Shown in pieces: positions 10,570 to 26,882 of a stretch of DNA of 51,485 nt. Position 1 is the first letter of the stretch, and every line of letters begins with the position of its first letter. The stretch is from Lenisia limosa (lineage: Eukaryota; Protista; Breviatea): contig LPNZ01006633.1 in NCBI GenBank assembly GCA_001655205.1, positions 1-51,485 of the forward strand. Direction: 5' to 3'. The translations under genes were made by a program, and so were the position numbers. The notes beneath the pieces were generated by a model. The model was given only the letters and a program-made list of their open reading frames with translations. It was not told the DNA's origin and made no database searches.

Positions 10570-13500
10570 ATGTCTTCGTCGAAGAAAGCATTAAAAGCGG
10601 TAAAAGAGCAGTTAGGTAGTGGAAATGGAAAGGCTGCTCTTGATTTGCTGAAGCCAGTTCTGAAAGCTGAGAAAGATAATGTCATTGCCTGGGTTTTTGC
10701 AGGGAAAGCTTCCAGCCTCCTTCAACCTCCCAATGTAGGTTCTTCTGTTTTATCCCTTTTTTGAGTCTTATTCTTTAGTTTGATAACTCTGTTTCTGCTT
10801 ATCAAAAAGCTCTTAGCTTCGACCCGGATTGTCTGCCAGCCCTTATGGTTTGTACACCCTTTTGCCTCTCATTCCCAATCAATCACCCTTTTGCCATTTC
10901 CTGACAAAACAGGGACTTTGTGATGCTAGACGGCAACAAAACAACCACGACGAGCTGTGTGTCCTTCTCCCCCAGCTCATAGAAAAGTTCTCAACGTGGG
11001 TCTTTTTATAGGTTTTCTTATTGTAGCAGCCAACAATCGGAGCGAGTCTCAGGCTTAGTTGAAGAGTTGGCTGCCTCGTTGGAAAGCTCGGGGAAACATT
11101 CAGAGGTGAGAACATGGGAATATTTGCATTCACTGTATCAGAGTGTGACTCTGTTCAACGACCTCTTTGAAAGCGATCTTGTGTCAATTGAAGGCAAAAT
11201 CGCGCTGGGTAGGTCCCTGTCAACCTTCTCTCTGACCAAACAGCCCATTTAGCTCTAGGCTCAGCCGCAACCCTTGATACAACCGACAATTTGGACAGCA
11301 GCCAGGACTTTGTTGACGAGGTATCTCTTGACTTTGCGGATGGTGTGACCAGTTTAGGTTATTGCACGAAGACGAGTTGAATTCCTACGGAGGAAAAACA
11401 CGGAGGGTTATGTACCCACGCCTACAACGCAAGGTATGGTGTAGTTTTACTAAAAATATGATATATTAATGTCTCTTTCTCATTTTATTACAATGATGTC
11501 TGAAAAGCATACGATATGTTCTAAATAGGAAAATTAAGGATTTTTTTTTCGTCTTTATGATAGTTTTTTTAATATAATTTTGACTGAAGATCTTGGTAAA
11601 AATCATGATTGATAACATGTTTCTTTTGGATGACATATCCGCTTTCAAAGGAGTTCTCAGGCAACAATTGATTAGGTTATTTCCTTTGTCAATATGATGT
11701 TTATGAAATGTTGTTTATGACACTGGTTTAGAAATTATTCCGAGCACCTTGCCCCCTTGTCCCGCAGATCAGATCTCTGAGATTTGTGCGAACGAAAACA
11801 AGCTTGCCGACCTCTCAAAGGTGGAAGCCACCGGGTTGGCCCAAGAATTCTTCAATGGAACCCGACTTGCTGATTCGTTCGTGAAAAATGTGTGTTTACC
11901 AGGGCAATCTCTGTTACCATTAAAACACAACACAGTGATTGTTACTATCAGGAAACACCTGGAAACGCTCTCGCAGTTGCCCAAAGAATAATGCAAAATA
12001 ATGAATGTAAGCCATCAACACTTTAAGGTTTCGCTTTTTACCAAACCTTTACTAAGGCGATTGTATGGATATACCTACGACCAGACCTTCATGGTAGCTT
12101 TTACATTATCTCCACTGTTTTTGACCCATGAGGCTTGCTGCACGATCCTTCTCTCCTTGAACGCTGCTGTTCAGTTACAGTCTCAGCTTTCACAAAGGCC
12201 TTGAGATTCAGTAAAGTCCCCGTGGTAGGGTATCATCGGATAAATGAAATGTTAACTTTGTGTAGGTGCTTGAAAAAGCCCTTGCTGCTATAGTCCCGTT
12301 TGCGAAACACAATTTCCTCGGTTTGTGAAATCTGTGACCTGAGCCTTTTACTGTCTAGATGCCCTGTACTTCCTCCTTGACATCTGCGATGACGATAACG
12401 CTCGTAAGTTAACAATTCTCATCTTCTTTTTATCATATGGCAACAAACAACAAGGATCAGTTATTTAGTATATAAATAAATACGGGTTTATTCTCCAGCA
12501 AACGGCTTGCTACTTGCCACGAGTCTCCGTTTAGCGATGCTGGAGCCCAATGAACCTGTAGTCTTTGCTTCCCTGATCAGAGCGTTACAATGCCCCGACA
12601 CTATGGTGTACCAAGGCCTTCCAGTTCAAGTAGGACCGCTTTAACACCAGCTGAACTTACTGTCACAGACAGACATGAGCCTCGGTGAAGCGATCTCCGC
12701 ATTCCAAAAAGCCTCCAAGCATGTCGCTAGTAACACTTCCATCCTCCCCCGCACTATGACTGTCGCTGCCTACAACGGTTTGTTCCGTATCTCCTTCAAC
12801 TGACAACACAGGTTTAATTCAACAACACCTCCAGCAAGGTCTGGTTCCTGCAGCTCTTCAGGTACTGCTATTATATTCGAACAAATATGAAAGACCGGAC
12901 CATGCAAGAACACTAAATAATTACCTTCATAGGTATGTGATAACGGACTCAAAGCAGCGGCTTCTGCAGTGTGCAAGGGCCTCTTGCCTGAAAAGTGGGG
13001 GGAGGGGGGTGTAATATTAGTTTTGAAATTGAGAAAGTGAAATTAAGAAACACCCCCCAAAATTTATCGAGAGAAAAAAAGATGAAGGGGATTTGGTCGA
13101 GAGAGATGAAGGGGATTTGGTCGAGAGAGATGAAGGGGATTTGGTATGGCGAGATAGACCTGACTGTTTAGAGCAATGTGCTGCACTTTGCTTCTGAAAG
13201 CAAGGGCGCTTATGCAAGTTGTGAAGTATGATGAAGCACGCAAGGCTGCGGAGCAAGCCGGAAAGATATCATCTGAGGCGGCAAATCAGGCTGCTGTAAG
13301 CTGATGGGCTCTCTCATCTTTTCGACAAATCTCTATAGATCCTTGAAGAACAGACATTCTCTCGAAAATACAGAATTCCTTCTGCTCACAACCCAGCGCC
13401 TTCAAGTTGAAATTGCCTTCTTAGTTAATGATACTGATCTCAATGCTATTCTTAGGTGCGTGATATGGGAAGGATTCTTTGGTGCGTGATATGGAAAGGA

Positions 13501-16500
13501 TTGTATTTCTGAATCCTTGAGCCCTAATAGGAAGCGCTATTTTCATTATCCATTCTCTCTTCTTCATAAACTTCACTTTTTAGACTCTTTATGATAGTTC
13601 AGTTCTTTCACTTTTATGATGGTTCAGTTCTTTTACTTTTATGATAGTTCAGTTCTTTCCAAGTTTTATGATTGTTCAGGTCTTTCCGAGCTTCAACCAG
13701 CGATGAACGCCTCTCTCAATGGCTTCAAGCAGTGACCCTTTGGCAGGCTATTAACCTTGGTTTGCCATGCCCCCATTACTCATTCTTCAGACCCAGCATC
13801 CCGGGCACCACTGACCGAGCTCTTTCGCCTTGCTGATGCTTCGACTGACTCCGACGTTCTCTTCATTGCCGCGAGGGCAGCCTACGTTGTACACAAGGGT
13901 GGGCTTGGAAAACCTATATATCCCACATCCGATAAAAATAGTTGGGAGTTGTGAAGAAAGCTGTGTTATCACTTTTTGAGCTACCAGTACAGATAATAAC
14001 TCACATAGCATCACCGGATGATAGTTTGCTTATCAAGGCCCAAACGATCCTGTTGAGGGCTGCACAGATGAACCCTTCAGCTGCCCTCCCCTTCGCTCTT
14101 CTTGGAATGTCAGCCTCAAACAGAACATTCATGGACTTGATTGACAACATACTACTTCACTTTATCATCGAACACATTCATGCGGTTTATTCTAAACAGG
14201 AGCTGACCCTTTAGCATCTTTTTGGAAATAGACGAGCCGCTCAGAGGAGAAAAGTGTCTCCGCAAGGCGATGTCTCTCGATAAAACGTCGTCCTTGGCGG
14301 GACCTGCACTATATGGACACTATGTCTCAAAGGTATTTGCTTCATTTTTCTGGAGGAATAATGGGTGTGTTTAGCAGGATTACACAAGGTTTTTGTATCA
14401 TTATTAACCCACAAAGGTTTTAAGAACGTTGAACATTTGTTTGACAATTTTCCAATTTTACCCCCCAGGGCCTCGACACTACCGCCTTTCAACTTTGTCA
14501 GGCCGTGGAGGAGGCAAGTAGTGGTCACGTGGCATGGGCTTGCTTCAGGCTTGCTGCACTGAAACTGAATAACGGTGAGCTGATTTCCCATTTGGTAGAG
14601 TGTGATGAGTAAACAGAGTTTCCACACGTCAGCAAAACTCCTCATCTTTACAGGAGACATTGACACGGCTGTTGTGTCCTTGCAACATGCATTACGGGCA
14701 ATGGGACGGTCGGCTGCAGCCAAAGCCGTCACCCAGACTACACAGATTGACGCTATCCGAACTAAACCGGAGGCCCGTCTCCCCCCTCCTTCGGGACCAA
14801 AGTTTGAAACCGTGTTTTTAGCTTTTGTCTTTTTCAGAAAAACCTGTTTCACTACTCAGGCCACGGACAGTACCCGCACCCTTCTTTTTCATTCCTGGTG
14901 TGTTCTTTTATCCAGGACTTATTTGTGATTCAATTTTTAAAAATCGATTTCCTGCCTTTACCTTCCTCAGACACAGCGGCAGTGGTCTGGGAGCGCTTGG
15001 GTCAGGCCTATCTTCTCCAAGGCAAATATGTATCGGCAATGCGTGCCTTTGAGAGTTCACTGAACCATGGTGACCGTGTCTTCGCGTTATCTCAAGTTTG
15101 CGGCTCAATGATAGATGGGATTTGTACATGTATATCCTCAGCATACAACCTTGTTTTATTTCTCCCTCTCTATATCATATTATATCATATAACCTCAGCA
15201 TACCCTTACCTTTTTGAGACCGTAGGGGAAGCCTCAGCTACACAAGATTAACACTTCAGCTGGGAACTTGCTACCACATTGTTGGAGATGTGTCGACATC
15301 GGACTTGGCTTTAAACCGGGCGCTGGCCTTGGAACCCACTAACACAAACACCCTCACTGCGTACTCTGCCATTCTTATCAAGGAGGCCGAAAAATCAAGG
15401 TAGAGCTTCATCCAATTATCGATGTTTTTAAAGACTCTGCTGAGTTATCAGAGACATGACGTTCTTTACCCCATAGACAAAACGGCCAGTTCACAACGAG
15501 CTTGAAGCTTGCTTGGAAATGCGCTGACTTGAGCACCCGAGCTGCTAAAGGTGGGCGCGTCTCTCGTGACGTCGTTGTTCTTCTCCAGAAAACTAATCAA
15601 GCCACTCACTTTTAGAACTTCCGACGTTCACAACGCCTTGGAAGTGCATTGGCGACGCCTTGAGTATTGTATTCCAACTGAGGAACATGGACCCGTCTTT
15701 ACACCTCCCGAGTGACCAAAGGGGGGAAGCTGATAGCCCGGTATGCCATACGTTCTCATGTCCCCAAAAATCGGATTCTAACATTCAGGTTCGGTCTGCT
15801 CTGGTCCGTGCCCGAAGGGCCTATGCCCATGCTGTCCATTTAGACCCTACTGTACGCTTTAGGGTCGAAGAAGTTCAAAACAGAGATGTTAACTGAGAGT
15901 TATTGAGATTCTGGAGTAAAACAAGCATATATCAGCTTTGGTGCTTGGCCTTTTTTTTGGGGGGGTAACCATGTTCAGAACGCCGCACTTTGGCATGACT
16001 TAGCAGCCTCAAGCCTGAACCTCTTGAAAACAGTCGAAAGCTTCGGGGCAACATGGGGTAAATACGTGGGTGGATAGCCACTCTTACAAGTTTTTTTTTG
16101 AGCAAGAAAATATATTAATAAATCCAGGGTAACATAAGAATATATGGGGATACCATAAACAAATCACCATAAGTATCACGGGGTGCGGCTTCCAAGTAAC
16201 GCTCCTGTTGTCCAAAGTCACACTTCAGGATGGGGCCACGGACTGGTATGGAGAAGTCAATGCATCGGTCCAAAGAGCCGCAAGAAATGGTATTACAGGC
16301 TCTAACTTCTCACAGTAGATATTGCAGCAAAATACTCACTTTGACAGGTCTGACCCAGGACGGCCGGTCAGCCAGCCTTTGGGTCTTAGTGGCTCACTCG
16401 TCTGTAGACCTCAATTCAAAGCGCCACTGTTATCTACAAGCCCTGGAGCTCGACCCTAAGTCTACCGAATCTTGGCTTGGATTATCGGATCTCTATTTAT

Positions 16501-19500
16501 CTCAAGGGTTGAAAAAGGAGGTGGGTCCAAACATCATATCCTATCGTATTGTATCGTATGGTACTTTTAATTATTGTTTTTGACTATGCTTTATTTCTCA
16601 TTGCTATATCATATAGTATTTTTTTGGTTCTGCAGTAGAATTTGTTGTAAAATTATCTCTGTACATTTTCACTTTAACTTTGAAAACAATCTATCAGCAC
16701 TGCCCTCACGCCCAGGCTCTCCAATGCCTCCGTACGGCCCAAAACTGCGACAGTAATGACGTGTCGGCCTGGCTCGGCCTGGCTCAGCTCAACAGTCATC
16801 TCACAGGGCCTCGTTCTCGCCAAGCACGTCTCGCTTTCCGCCACGCTGCTGAGCTTTCCTCCAACCCACAGGCGTTCTTGCATGTATGCCTTCTTAGGAC
16901 AAATAAAATGAGCTTTGTGTCTTCTCCCGTGTTGATGTTCCAGGCCGGGTTTTCAGCCCTCTGTACAATGGATGGACTGGAAGTGTCGGAAGTGAATGAG
17001 GAACTGGACTTTTCTGACATCAATGATACCGCCGATAGGTGCGATACCCCAGGTTGCTAATCCATATAGACCGCAAGACACTGTGGACGTCGGGCTTGCG
17101 GCCACGCGCATGAACGCCTCCTGGCCCATTGACACGTTAGTTTCTTATCCAACAATTTTGCGCTTCATTTTCATCAGAGGTTAATATGACTGCATTTCAG
17201 GGCTGCTTTTGGCATCACTCGCGACCAGCCTGCTGTGTCCACTGCTGGAGATTTGATGGAGGGGGATGAGGTGGGGTGGTGAAAAGCCACTGATGTAAAA
17301 AGGAGACCTGGAGCCTTTGTTGCCTTGAACAGGGTGGGTAACGCACTTAGGCCCGTGGAGAAGACGCGCTATTCTTCCTCACCAAGTACTGTGAACTGAG
17401 CCCTTCCGACCCTGCTGGACTCAATCTACTTGGTACCAGGGCCAAAGGATAAATGAAATCTCGATATTCATCGAAAATGTTCTATTTGGAACCAAATTGA
17501 ATCAGTCGTAATTATTCTTTGAAGCTCACTCTCAGGCTTGGCGCTCGAACGCAACGGCCATCTCAATCAGGCTGCTCAGAAGTTCCATCAGGCCCTCCAG
17601 CCAGCTGAGATTTCAAACGTAGCGGTAGGTTGATATGCTTGGCCAAAACCATCAACACTACCATTTGTCTGCAATGATTGCACATGGTTATATAAGTTAC
17701 GGTACTATCATGACAGTCCTTTAATTAATTAGTCTGTCAATCCATCCACATAGTGTTCAAAATTCACACAAGCCATGACCCTGCACAGGAGGCGCAGCTG
17801 GCCGAAATTCATGCCAACTTGGGCCGGACTTTAGTTCGCTGTAAGTTTCCGCACGATGCATTGGGACACCTTCAGTTTGCCCTTGGCCACGCCCGCAAGA
17901 TGCTCGAGGTCGCGCAGAAGGACGGCTCGAAGGTATTCACAGTTCCGTGCTCTGTTTGCTTGATTGCCTTTCCACAGATTTGCTTTTTATGGTGTTGATG
18001 GTTCGGGTGAAACTTTCCCAAATAACACATGCTTGATTGGATCCTCATGAGCCTGGATTTACCCTCACAGGCCACTGTCAAAGAGCGGACAGCAAAGGTT
18101 GCCGGACTTGCAAGATGGATGGGAAGGTCTCTTGCTGGCCTGGGTCAACACGAGAAGGTGCTCGGCTTCTCGATAACATCAGCGGAATTCGGGAATTATC
18201 GTACACTGTCTTGCACTACTGTCTTTTTTTGTAATCTGTCGTTTCCTTATGTCGCTTTTACTAATTTGACACCCTAGGCACTTCTTCTTTTTGACAAATG
18301 CATGTCGTTGACCGAGGGTGATGATCCTAGCTTGCTCCTTGAACAGGCTAACAGTAGGAGGGGTGTATAAAGCTTGCTCCTTGGTTCTTGCTAGAACTTG
18401 ACTCTAATGATCACGATGAGTGATGGTGCGAACTTCAGAATTTCGTGTGTTGTTAATCAACAAACTTTATTTTGGGCTTCTTTTTTTTGTTTCATAAATT
18501 GTCCAATTTTACACCCCCCCCCCTCCCAGCATTAGAGGCCCTTAACAGGATCCCTGAAGCTCTTGAAATGGCACGAGCTGTGACAGGCGCACATCCACAG
18601 TAGGCCAATTCGGTGCTTTGCAGGCATAAGGTGGCTTGACTTTGCCTTCGCCAAAGACTGACCATTGGATGTCTCATCGGTTTAGGTTCCGCCAAGCCCA
18701 CATTGCTGTCATCTCGCTCTCACTGGCGCATGGCGACTTTGACTCTGCAGTTGATGCATGGAGGGGGCTATGCAGGTATGTATGGATAGGATATGTGGAG
18801 GTCTGGTGTGGCTTTTTACTTTTTATTGTGCGGGTCATTTCTTCACCCCCCCCCCTATGTTGGGTGAAGGAGCGCCCTGAATGTCTTCGTCTTCTCCTGT
18901 TCCTCCCTCCACCCTCCCTGCTATTCCTCCCACCTCTCACTGGTTCATAACTGTTTGATAGTTTGTGTTGTCTCAGTGTTTTGTTTCTCTGGTTTGTTTT
19001 TGTTCAATAACAGATGTTTACTCCCTCCAGGACCAACGCCAACGGGGCCATTCCCGACCATCGCTGCTGTCTTGTGAGGGCAACAATTGAGGACAAGCGA
19101 GAGGACAGGATAGTGGGCCTGGTCATCGCTATACCCAGATGAACTACAAACCCAATGTCATCTAGGGCGTGGTTCTCGACTGGGATTTTTTTTTGTTTTC
19201 AAACCGTCGTGTGTCGTCGTGTGTACCCAGGGCTTCACTTCGGTTCGACAAAGACCGTTAAAAATCGATAGTTTTCGAGGATTCATCGAGAAGTTCAGTC
19301 TTTTTTTGAAAAGAAGTGAATGTGTGTACCGCATATTTTTTTTTTCTTGAGAAGGGGGGGGGGGTATTAATACATGGCACCGCTGAACCTGCAGAGTGCA
19401 CGGCGATGGCTCAGCCGCGCCGCAGTGCTCCGACCAACATCCTCCCTTGCCTGGACCGAACTAGGTAAGGTGATCTGTCTCATGCCGACTCCACCACCAC

Positions 19501-21536
19501 TATTCTACCACCCCGTTGACCCTGTAGCCGAGTCTGTTTTGACTGCGGCAACTGTTGAGCCCCTTCCGCTGGTGAAACTGCCAAATGGCCATATACCAAT
19601 ATTGGTGAGTCACACTTCTCACAACTTGGACTGAATACCGAAATAATGTCGGCCTGCCAGTTCCGAGTCAGATTGAGAAGTGATTCCGACATTTATCGAA
19701 GAGATTGAGAAATTCCGTCTTTGTTTACCAAAGTTATTAAGCAACTCGAATGATGAACAGCATCCATCAAGTTCTAATCCCCCCCCCCCCCNNNNNNNNN
19801 NNNNNNNNNNNNNNNNNNNNNNNNNNNNNNNNNNNNNNNNNNNNNNNNNNNNNNNNNNNNTCCCACATCCCGCTTATGGCGGCGCGGGCATCTTGTCTTG
19901 CCGGTGGTGCTGACACCAAAACGGTGGTTCATAAGGTAAGGAACGCTCTTTGTTAATCTATGTACAAAGAAGGAAGTTTGATAGTGAATCATAAAAAAAA
20001 GACTATCATTCTCATGTGTTACAGATCGCAGCTCCAGTCGTGGACCAAAGTCTCCTACTAGACCATGAGAAATCCAGAGGTATGCCTAACTTGATTTTGC
20101 AGTATTCACTGTTTTAGAACTTTCGTCTCTTTCCATAACAGTGGACGGTAGGCCTGGCTTTGAGAATTCGAATTCTCTAGGATATTTCCTTCGCAGGATT
20201 TTTTTGATGCCACCACCTCATTGTCCAGAGAACACTCCCTTGAAAGAAGCAGTCCGCATTGCAAGCAGGTGTGTTGTACTGCAACCTTCTGAGCCTTATT
20301 GCCGCCTTGTTCTGGCAAGATCTTCGGTAGGACGTCTTGGGCTAGTTCTCTCAGCTTTGTGTTCAGTTTAACCATTTCATGATGATATGGCAAGCACAGT
20401 TATGTACTCATCCACTAGGCGCAATTAGCTCGGAAGACGAACGACCGTTGCAACGCCCTGGCAGGAGCTGCAGCCAACAAGGCACTTCTCAAGTGGCCCG
20501 TCGGCCCTTTTTCGTCTTCAGTCCTCAACTCTGCCAGGACGACTGTGGCGGAAATGCTTCATCTTGCAAAGGCAATCTGTTGGTGCTCCTCTTGTAGGCT
20601 AATTTTCAGCTTTGGAAGCCTCGATCGAGACAGTGAAATCGGCATTCAAGGCCGAGCCGGACCCAGACTCCAACTACATCCCGAGAACCGCAGTGCGCCT
20701 TCTCCTCAAATCCGAGCCAAATACAGCGGCATCCCTGATACGATCGGTTGGCCCTTGCTAACTTCTTATTATTGTTTTGTTTTCATGTGTTCTCACTTAC
20801 CCCCCCCCCTCCAGGTGCCCTGTCCAGGGGGTGCCGGAGCCTTCCTCAACGTTTTTTTGGCCGAAACGGAAATGGTGCCATTCGCTGCCAAAACCCTGCG
20901 ACAGGCTAATGTCCAGGGCTCGGCTTTCGAGGTAATCTCACGGGTTGACTGTCTGGAAAATGATCTTCTGAGAAATTGTATAATAAAGAAATAAAAATTA
21001 CTATTTGTGTCTGTACAGCCTGAATGGATACAGCCATCCTCACATGACAGGCGTTCCAATTGGCACTCCCCGCGGCCTTGACATTAATCAACTCCGGTCA
21101 CCCGATGAAGGCAGTGTCGCTGATCCGTACGCCTCTTGCTTCTTTCTCTTTCCATAAGGCCTTTATTCTTCCATCATAACGTTGGAACCAGAAATGCAAC
21201 ATACACATTCAATCCTCTCGTAACCACCCCATAACGTTCGAAGGTGAAAAGGTCCTTCCAACAAACCCCCGACATGCACCAGCTTTTGTAGTCGTCTCAA
21301 TGGTTTGAGGCGGTCTATCTATCACTGCTGCTTCCTTACCCACATTCAATGGTGTTATTTCTTCTTGATTTTTAATCTGTGGAAAAAACTCCATATTGAA
21401 ATGATGACGAATTTTGACCATCAAGGCCCTCGCACATGCAGGAGACAGGGACGGTGCTCATAAGGCTGCATCGAGAGCCGCCAAATACGACCCTTTCCTT
21501 AAAGTCGCCCAGGACATCCTCTCTAGTCTTTCTTAG
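10570..21536 (+). CDS. SKI3: Superkiller complex TPR scaffold Ski3/TTC37 (SKIC3)-like; many introns
   Basis: The N-terminus MSSSKKALKAVKEQL...NVIAWVFAGKA...AYQKALSFDP is Ski3-like. TPR-type segments follow: VWERLGQAYLLQGKYVSAMRAFESSL, ARRAYAHAVHLDPT, CYLQALELDPKSTESWLGLSDLY, SAWLGLAQL, SARRWLSRAAVLRPTSSLAWTELG. Ends KVAQDILSSLS* (TAG 21534-21536). The 11 kb span fits a ~1500 aa protein. Confidence 0.8.
13081..13145 (+). repeat. Intronic 24-nt tandem repeat (about 2.7 copies)
   Basis: gatgaaggggatttggtcgagaga at 13081 and 13105, with a partial copy at 13129. Confidence 0.9.
13455..13502 (+). repeat. 22-nt direct duplication (period 26) containing a 5' splice site
   Basis: ggtgcgtgatatgggaaggatt at 13455 and ggtgcgtgatatggaaaggatt at 13481. 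The predicted donor GT is at 13456-13457. Confidence 0.85.
13587..13690 (+). repeat. About four copies of a ~25-nt unit containing a 3' splice site
   Basis: ttttatgat(a/g/t)gttcag-ttcttt repeated. The last copy, gattgttcag|gtctttccgag, is the predicted acceptor (AG 13678-13679). Confidence 0.85.
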
Positions 21537-21808
21537 CTTGTTACTTCCATTCTGTTTCCTTATTAGAACTTGTTGATGATGTACATCTGTTCATATATTC
21601 AATTCAACAAACGTTGCAAGGGATTATTGAGCTTGAGTCCCAGCTTAGGTTGAGCTTAGGAATACGGAATACACCTCCATGTACAACCTGTAATTGTGTA
21701 CCCCACACCTACACCACCTTTTGGCCTGCATCTTTAAACCAATCAAAAATGTCAAATATTTTTTTATTTTGACTCCTTTTTTTTGTAGTTTATTTCGAGT
21801 CCAAATAA

Positions 21809-24252
21809 ATGCCAAAGAAGCCGTTACCATTGGTATGCTATGTATATGTAGTACTATTTTAAATGGGCAGCAGTTATACTGACCGTTGATATTTATTATA
21901 CCTCCAATTTTTCATGCCTGGGGTTGGGGTTGGGGGACTCTCTTACTCCTTGGGGAAGGGGTGTAATTGTATCTAAGGGTAACATAGTGAAGTTATGATT
22001 GTTTGTGGATGAGAGATAGTTTTTGTTTTAGATAGCTCCCTCCCTTGTTTAGATTTTGAGAGGTCCAGTACAGAGTAGTCATTACAAAAATCAAACTATT
22101 TTTCTAATTCAATTAAGGGCACATAACTGTTCTGCTGGGGTAAGGCACATCTCTCCTCTTTTCACATTATTCGGGCTCATATTGAGACTTCAGGACGCGC
22201 CCAGCATCCACACCGCATGTCTTGACGGCAACATTTGTGCTGTCAAGGATCTCTTCAATGCCGACTGTCTCACTGACTTCCAAGACCAAAATCAGGTGGG
22301 TGCCTAGGGGTATTAATATAAACAAGTTTATATTTTCTCCCTCAATCTTGCTCATTTCTGAAAGAGGTGCCAAGTGATTCACTGCGGATGTGCGGGAGGG
22401 AACCTGGAAGTTGTTCTGTTTCTCGAGGCCCACGGTTCTGACCTCCATGTGCATGATGATAACCAGGTATTTTGAGGAAAGGTCTGTCCTGAATACCAGA
22501 TAGTGAGAAGAAACTAGTTGGAGCTGACACCCAGGGGTTGGCCCCCATCCACTATGCCAGTGCTAATGGCCATGAAGAAGTTGTTCGATATCTGGCGCAA
22601 AGAAGCTGTCTGTTTGACCAAACCCCGATTGTTTGTTTGGTGGCTGTTGGAGTCTTTCTTATCCTGTAGGGGAGGACGGCACAGCATTTTGCGGCGCGAA
22701 ACGGACACCTAGACACTCTCAAGGCCCTCCATGAGTGTGGCGCCGACTTACTTGCTAAAGATAGAAGAGTGGGTTTCTTCACGTTTGTGATCTCATCTTT
22801 AGGGAACCACACTCTTGCATAAAGCTGCAAAATCAGGTCACACCGAGGTTGTTATGTATTTACTTCAAAATGGCCTCCAAGTAAATGATCGCAATGAAAT
22901 CGTACGTCGGCATCGGTTTCTCATTTGCCAATTTGCTTCCCTTCCATTTCGGTCTTTACATGTATATATATATCGATATATATATATATATAGATATAGA
23001 TTACACTAAATGATCTCTTTGCTCTCTTTCATTTCTACAATAATGTAAGTCCAACACATTTAGGGTGAAACAGCCCTGCACTTGGCAAGTGAAGGTAGAT
23101 CCAAATACAATATCGTAAACCACCTCGATTCCGGTCAATTTTTGGCTGATTTCCTCTCAATTGTGCATAATATTGACCCAATATTGTGTGAGATATGAAC
23201 AGAATCTAACAGCATTTGCGGCACTGTGATAGGCTAAAACCGCTCTTTGGCTGTGAAGAGTGCCAAGCTCAGATTATTAAAAGTTCAGCCCTACTCTCAC
23301 AAAGTGCATCAGAACTAACCGAATGACAGGGGGACATGCAGAGACAGTAGCGCTTCTTCTCGAGAATGGGGCAGAGATAGAGGGCCAAACTGATGACGTG
23401 GGAACAACATGTCATGTTTGTTCCTTCATTTTAATTGTCATTACACACAATGAAAGCACATCTTTTTGATCTCTGTTTTGAAGCTAAGCTTTGTTTGCCA
23501 AACCCAAGAATGTTGTCTATTATTTTAATTGAGTGGATTGGATTACCATTGTCAAACCAATTTTTGGCTGCAACTCAGTCACATTGTGTTTTAACAACGC
23601 AGGGATGGACTGCCTTACATTCTTCTTGTCAAGAGAAAAACAATTTCAGTGTGGCTTCTATTTTGTTGGACAGTGGAGCAAATGTCAATGCTTTTGCGAT
23701 GATGGTAGGGCGGTGTAATTCATAAGGCAAATGGGCAAATGGTCCTGCTATACTGATATTCAACTCACTTAGGATCTCACACCTTTGATTCTTGCTTGCA
23801 GCTATTGTCATGTGGGAGGGGTAGGTAATAAGGAACAGTAAAAGTCAGAAATATGTGAGCTTGACGAAACCCGCAGCTAACCCCCCCCCCCCCCNNNNNN
23901 NNNNNNNNNNNNNNNNNNNNNNNNNNNNNNNNNNNNNNNNNNNNNNNNNNNNNNNNNNNNNNNNNNNNNNNNAACGCTCAGGATGTGAATGTGAGCTGGT
24001 TTGGCTGATATTTCGACATTTACTTCTTTCACTGACTTCGAAGGGTGATACCGCCCTCCACTTCACCACCAGATTTGGAATGGAGGAAGCGGTCAAGCTT
24101 TTGTTGTCCTATAACGCTGATCCAAACATTGAGAACAATAAGGTAACACAATTCCTTTGCCTCTTGTGAAACTTCAGGGCAAAACAGCAGTTGAAGTGTC
24201 TTCCGACCCCATTATTGATGCTCTCTGCTTGGATATACAGTTAAAACTCTAA
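21809..24252 (+). CDS. Ankyrin-repeat protein (about 8 repeats); start codon tentative
   Basis: Exons encode GLAPIHYASANGHEEVVRYL, GRTAQHFAARNGHLDTLKAL, GTTLLHKAAKSGHTEVVMYLL, GETALHLASE|GGHAETVALLLENGA, GWTALHSSC, GDTALHFTTRFGMEEAVKLLL. Stop TAA at 24250-24252. Confidence 0.9.
22963..22999. repeat. (AT)n microsatellite in an ankyrin-gene intron
   Basis: Interrupted tatatata run is visible directly. Confidence 0.9.
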
Positions 24253-24370
24253 TGTTCTTCTAGACTATCCATCATTTAAGATTATGTCTATTGATGCAGT
24301 ATCCAGTGTGGGATTTAAATGATCTATTAATAAAGAAAATGACGAAAAAAGCAAAACTGGGACCTTGGTC

Positions 24371-26882
<2,512 letters not shown>

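Noticed and set aside
14241-14852. 203-aa minus-strand ORF as a nested gene
   Set aside because: It is antisense to SKI3 exons and introns with clear plus-strand splice signals, and has no recognisable motif.
24238-24252. Ankyrin protein C-terminal LKL as a peroxisomal PTS1
   Set aside because: It deviates from the S/A/C-K/R/H-L consensus and nothing else supports it.
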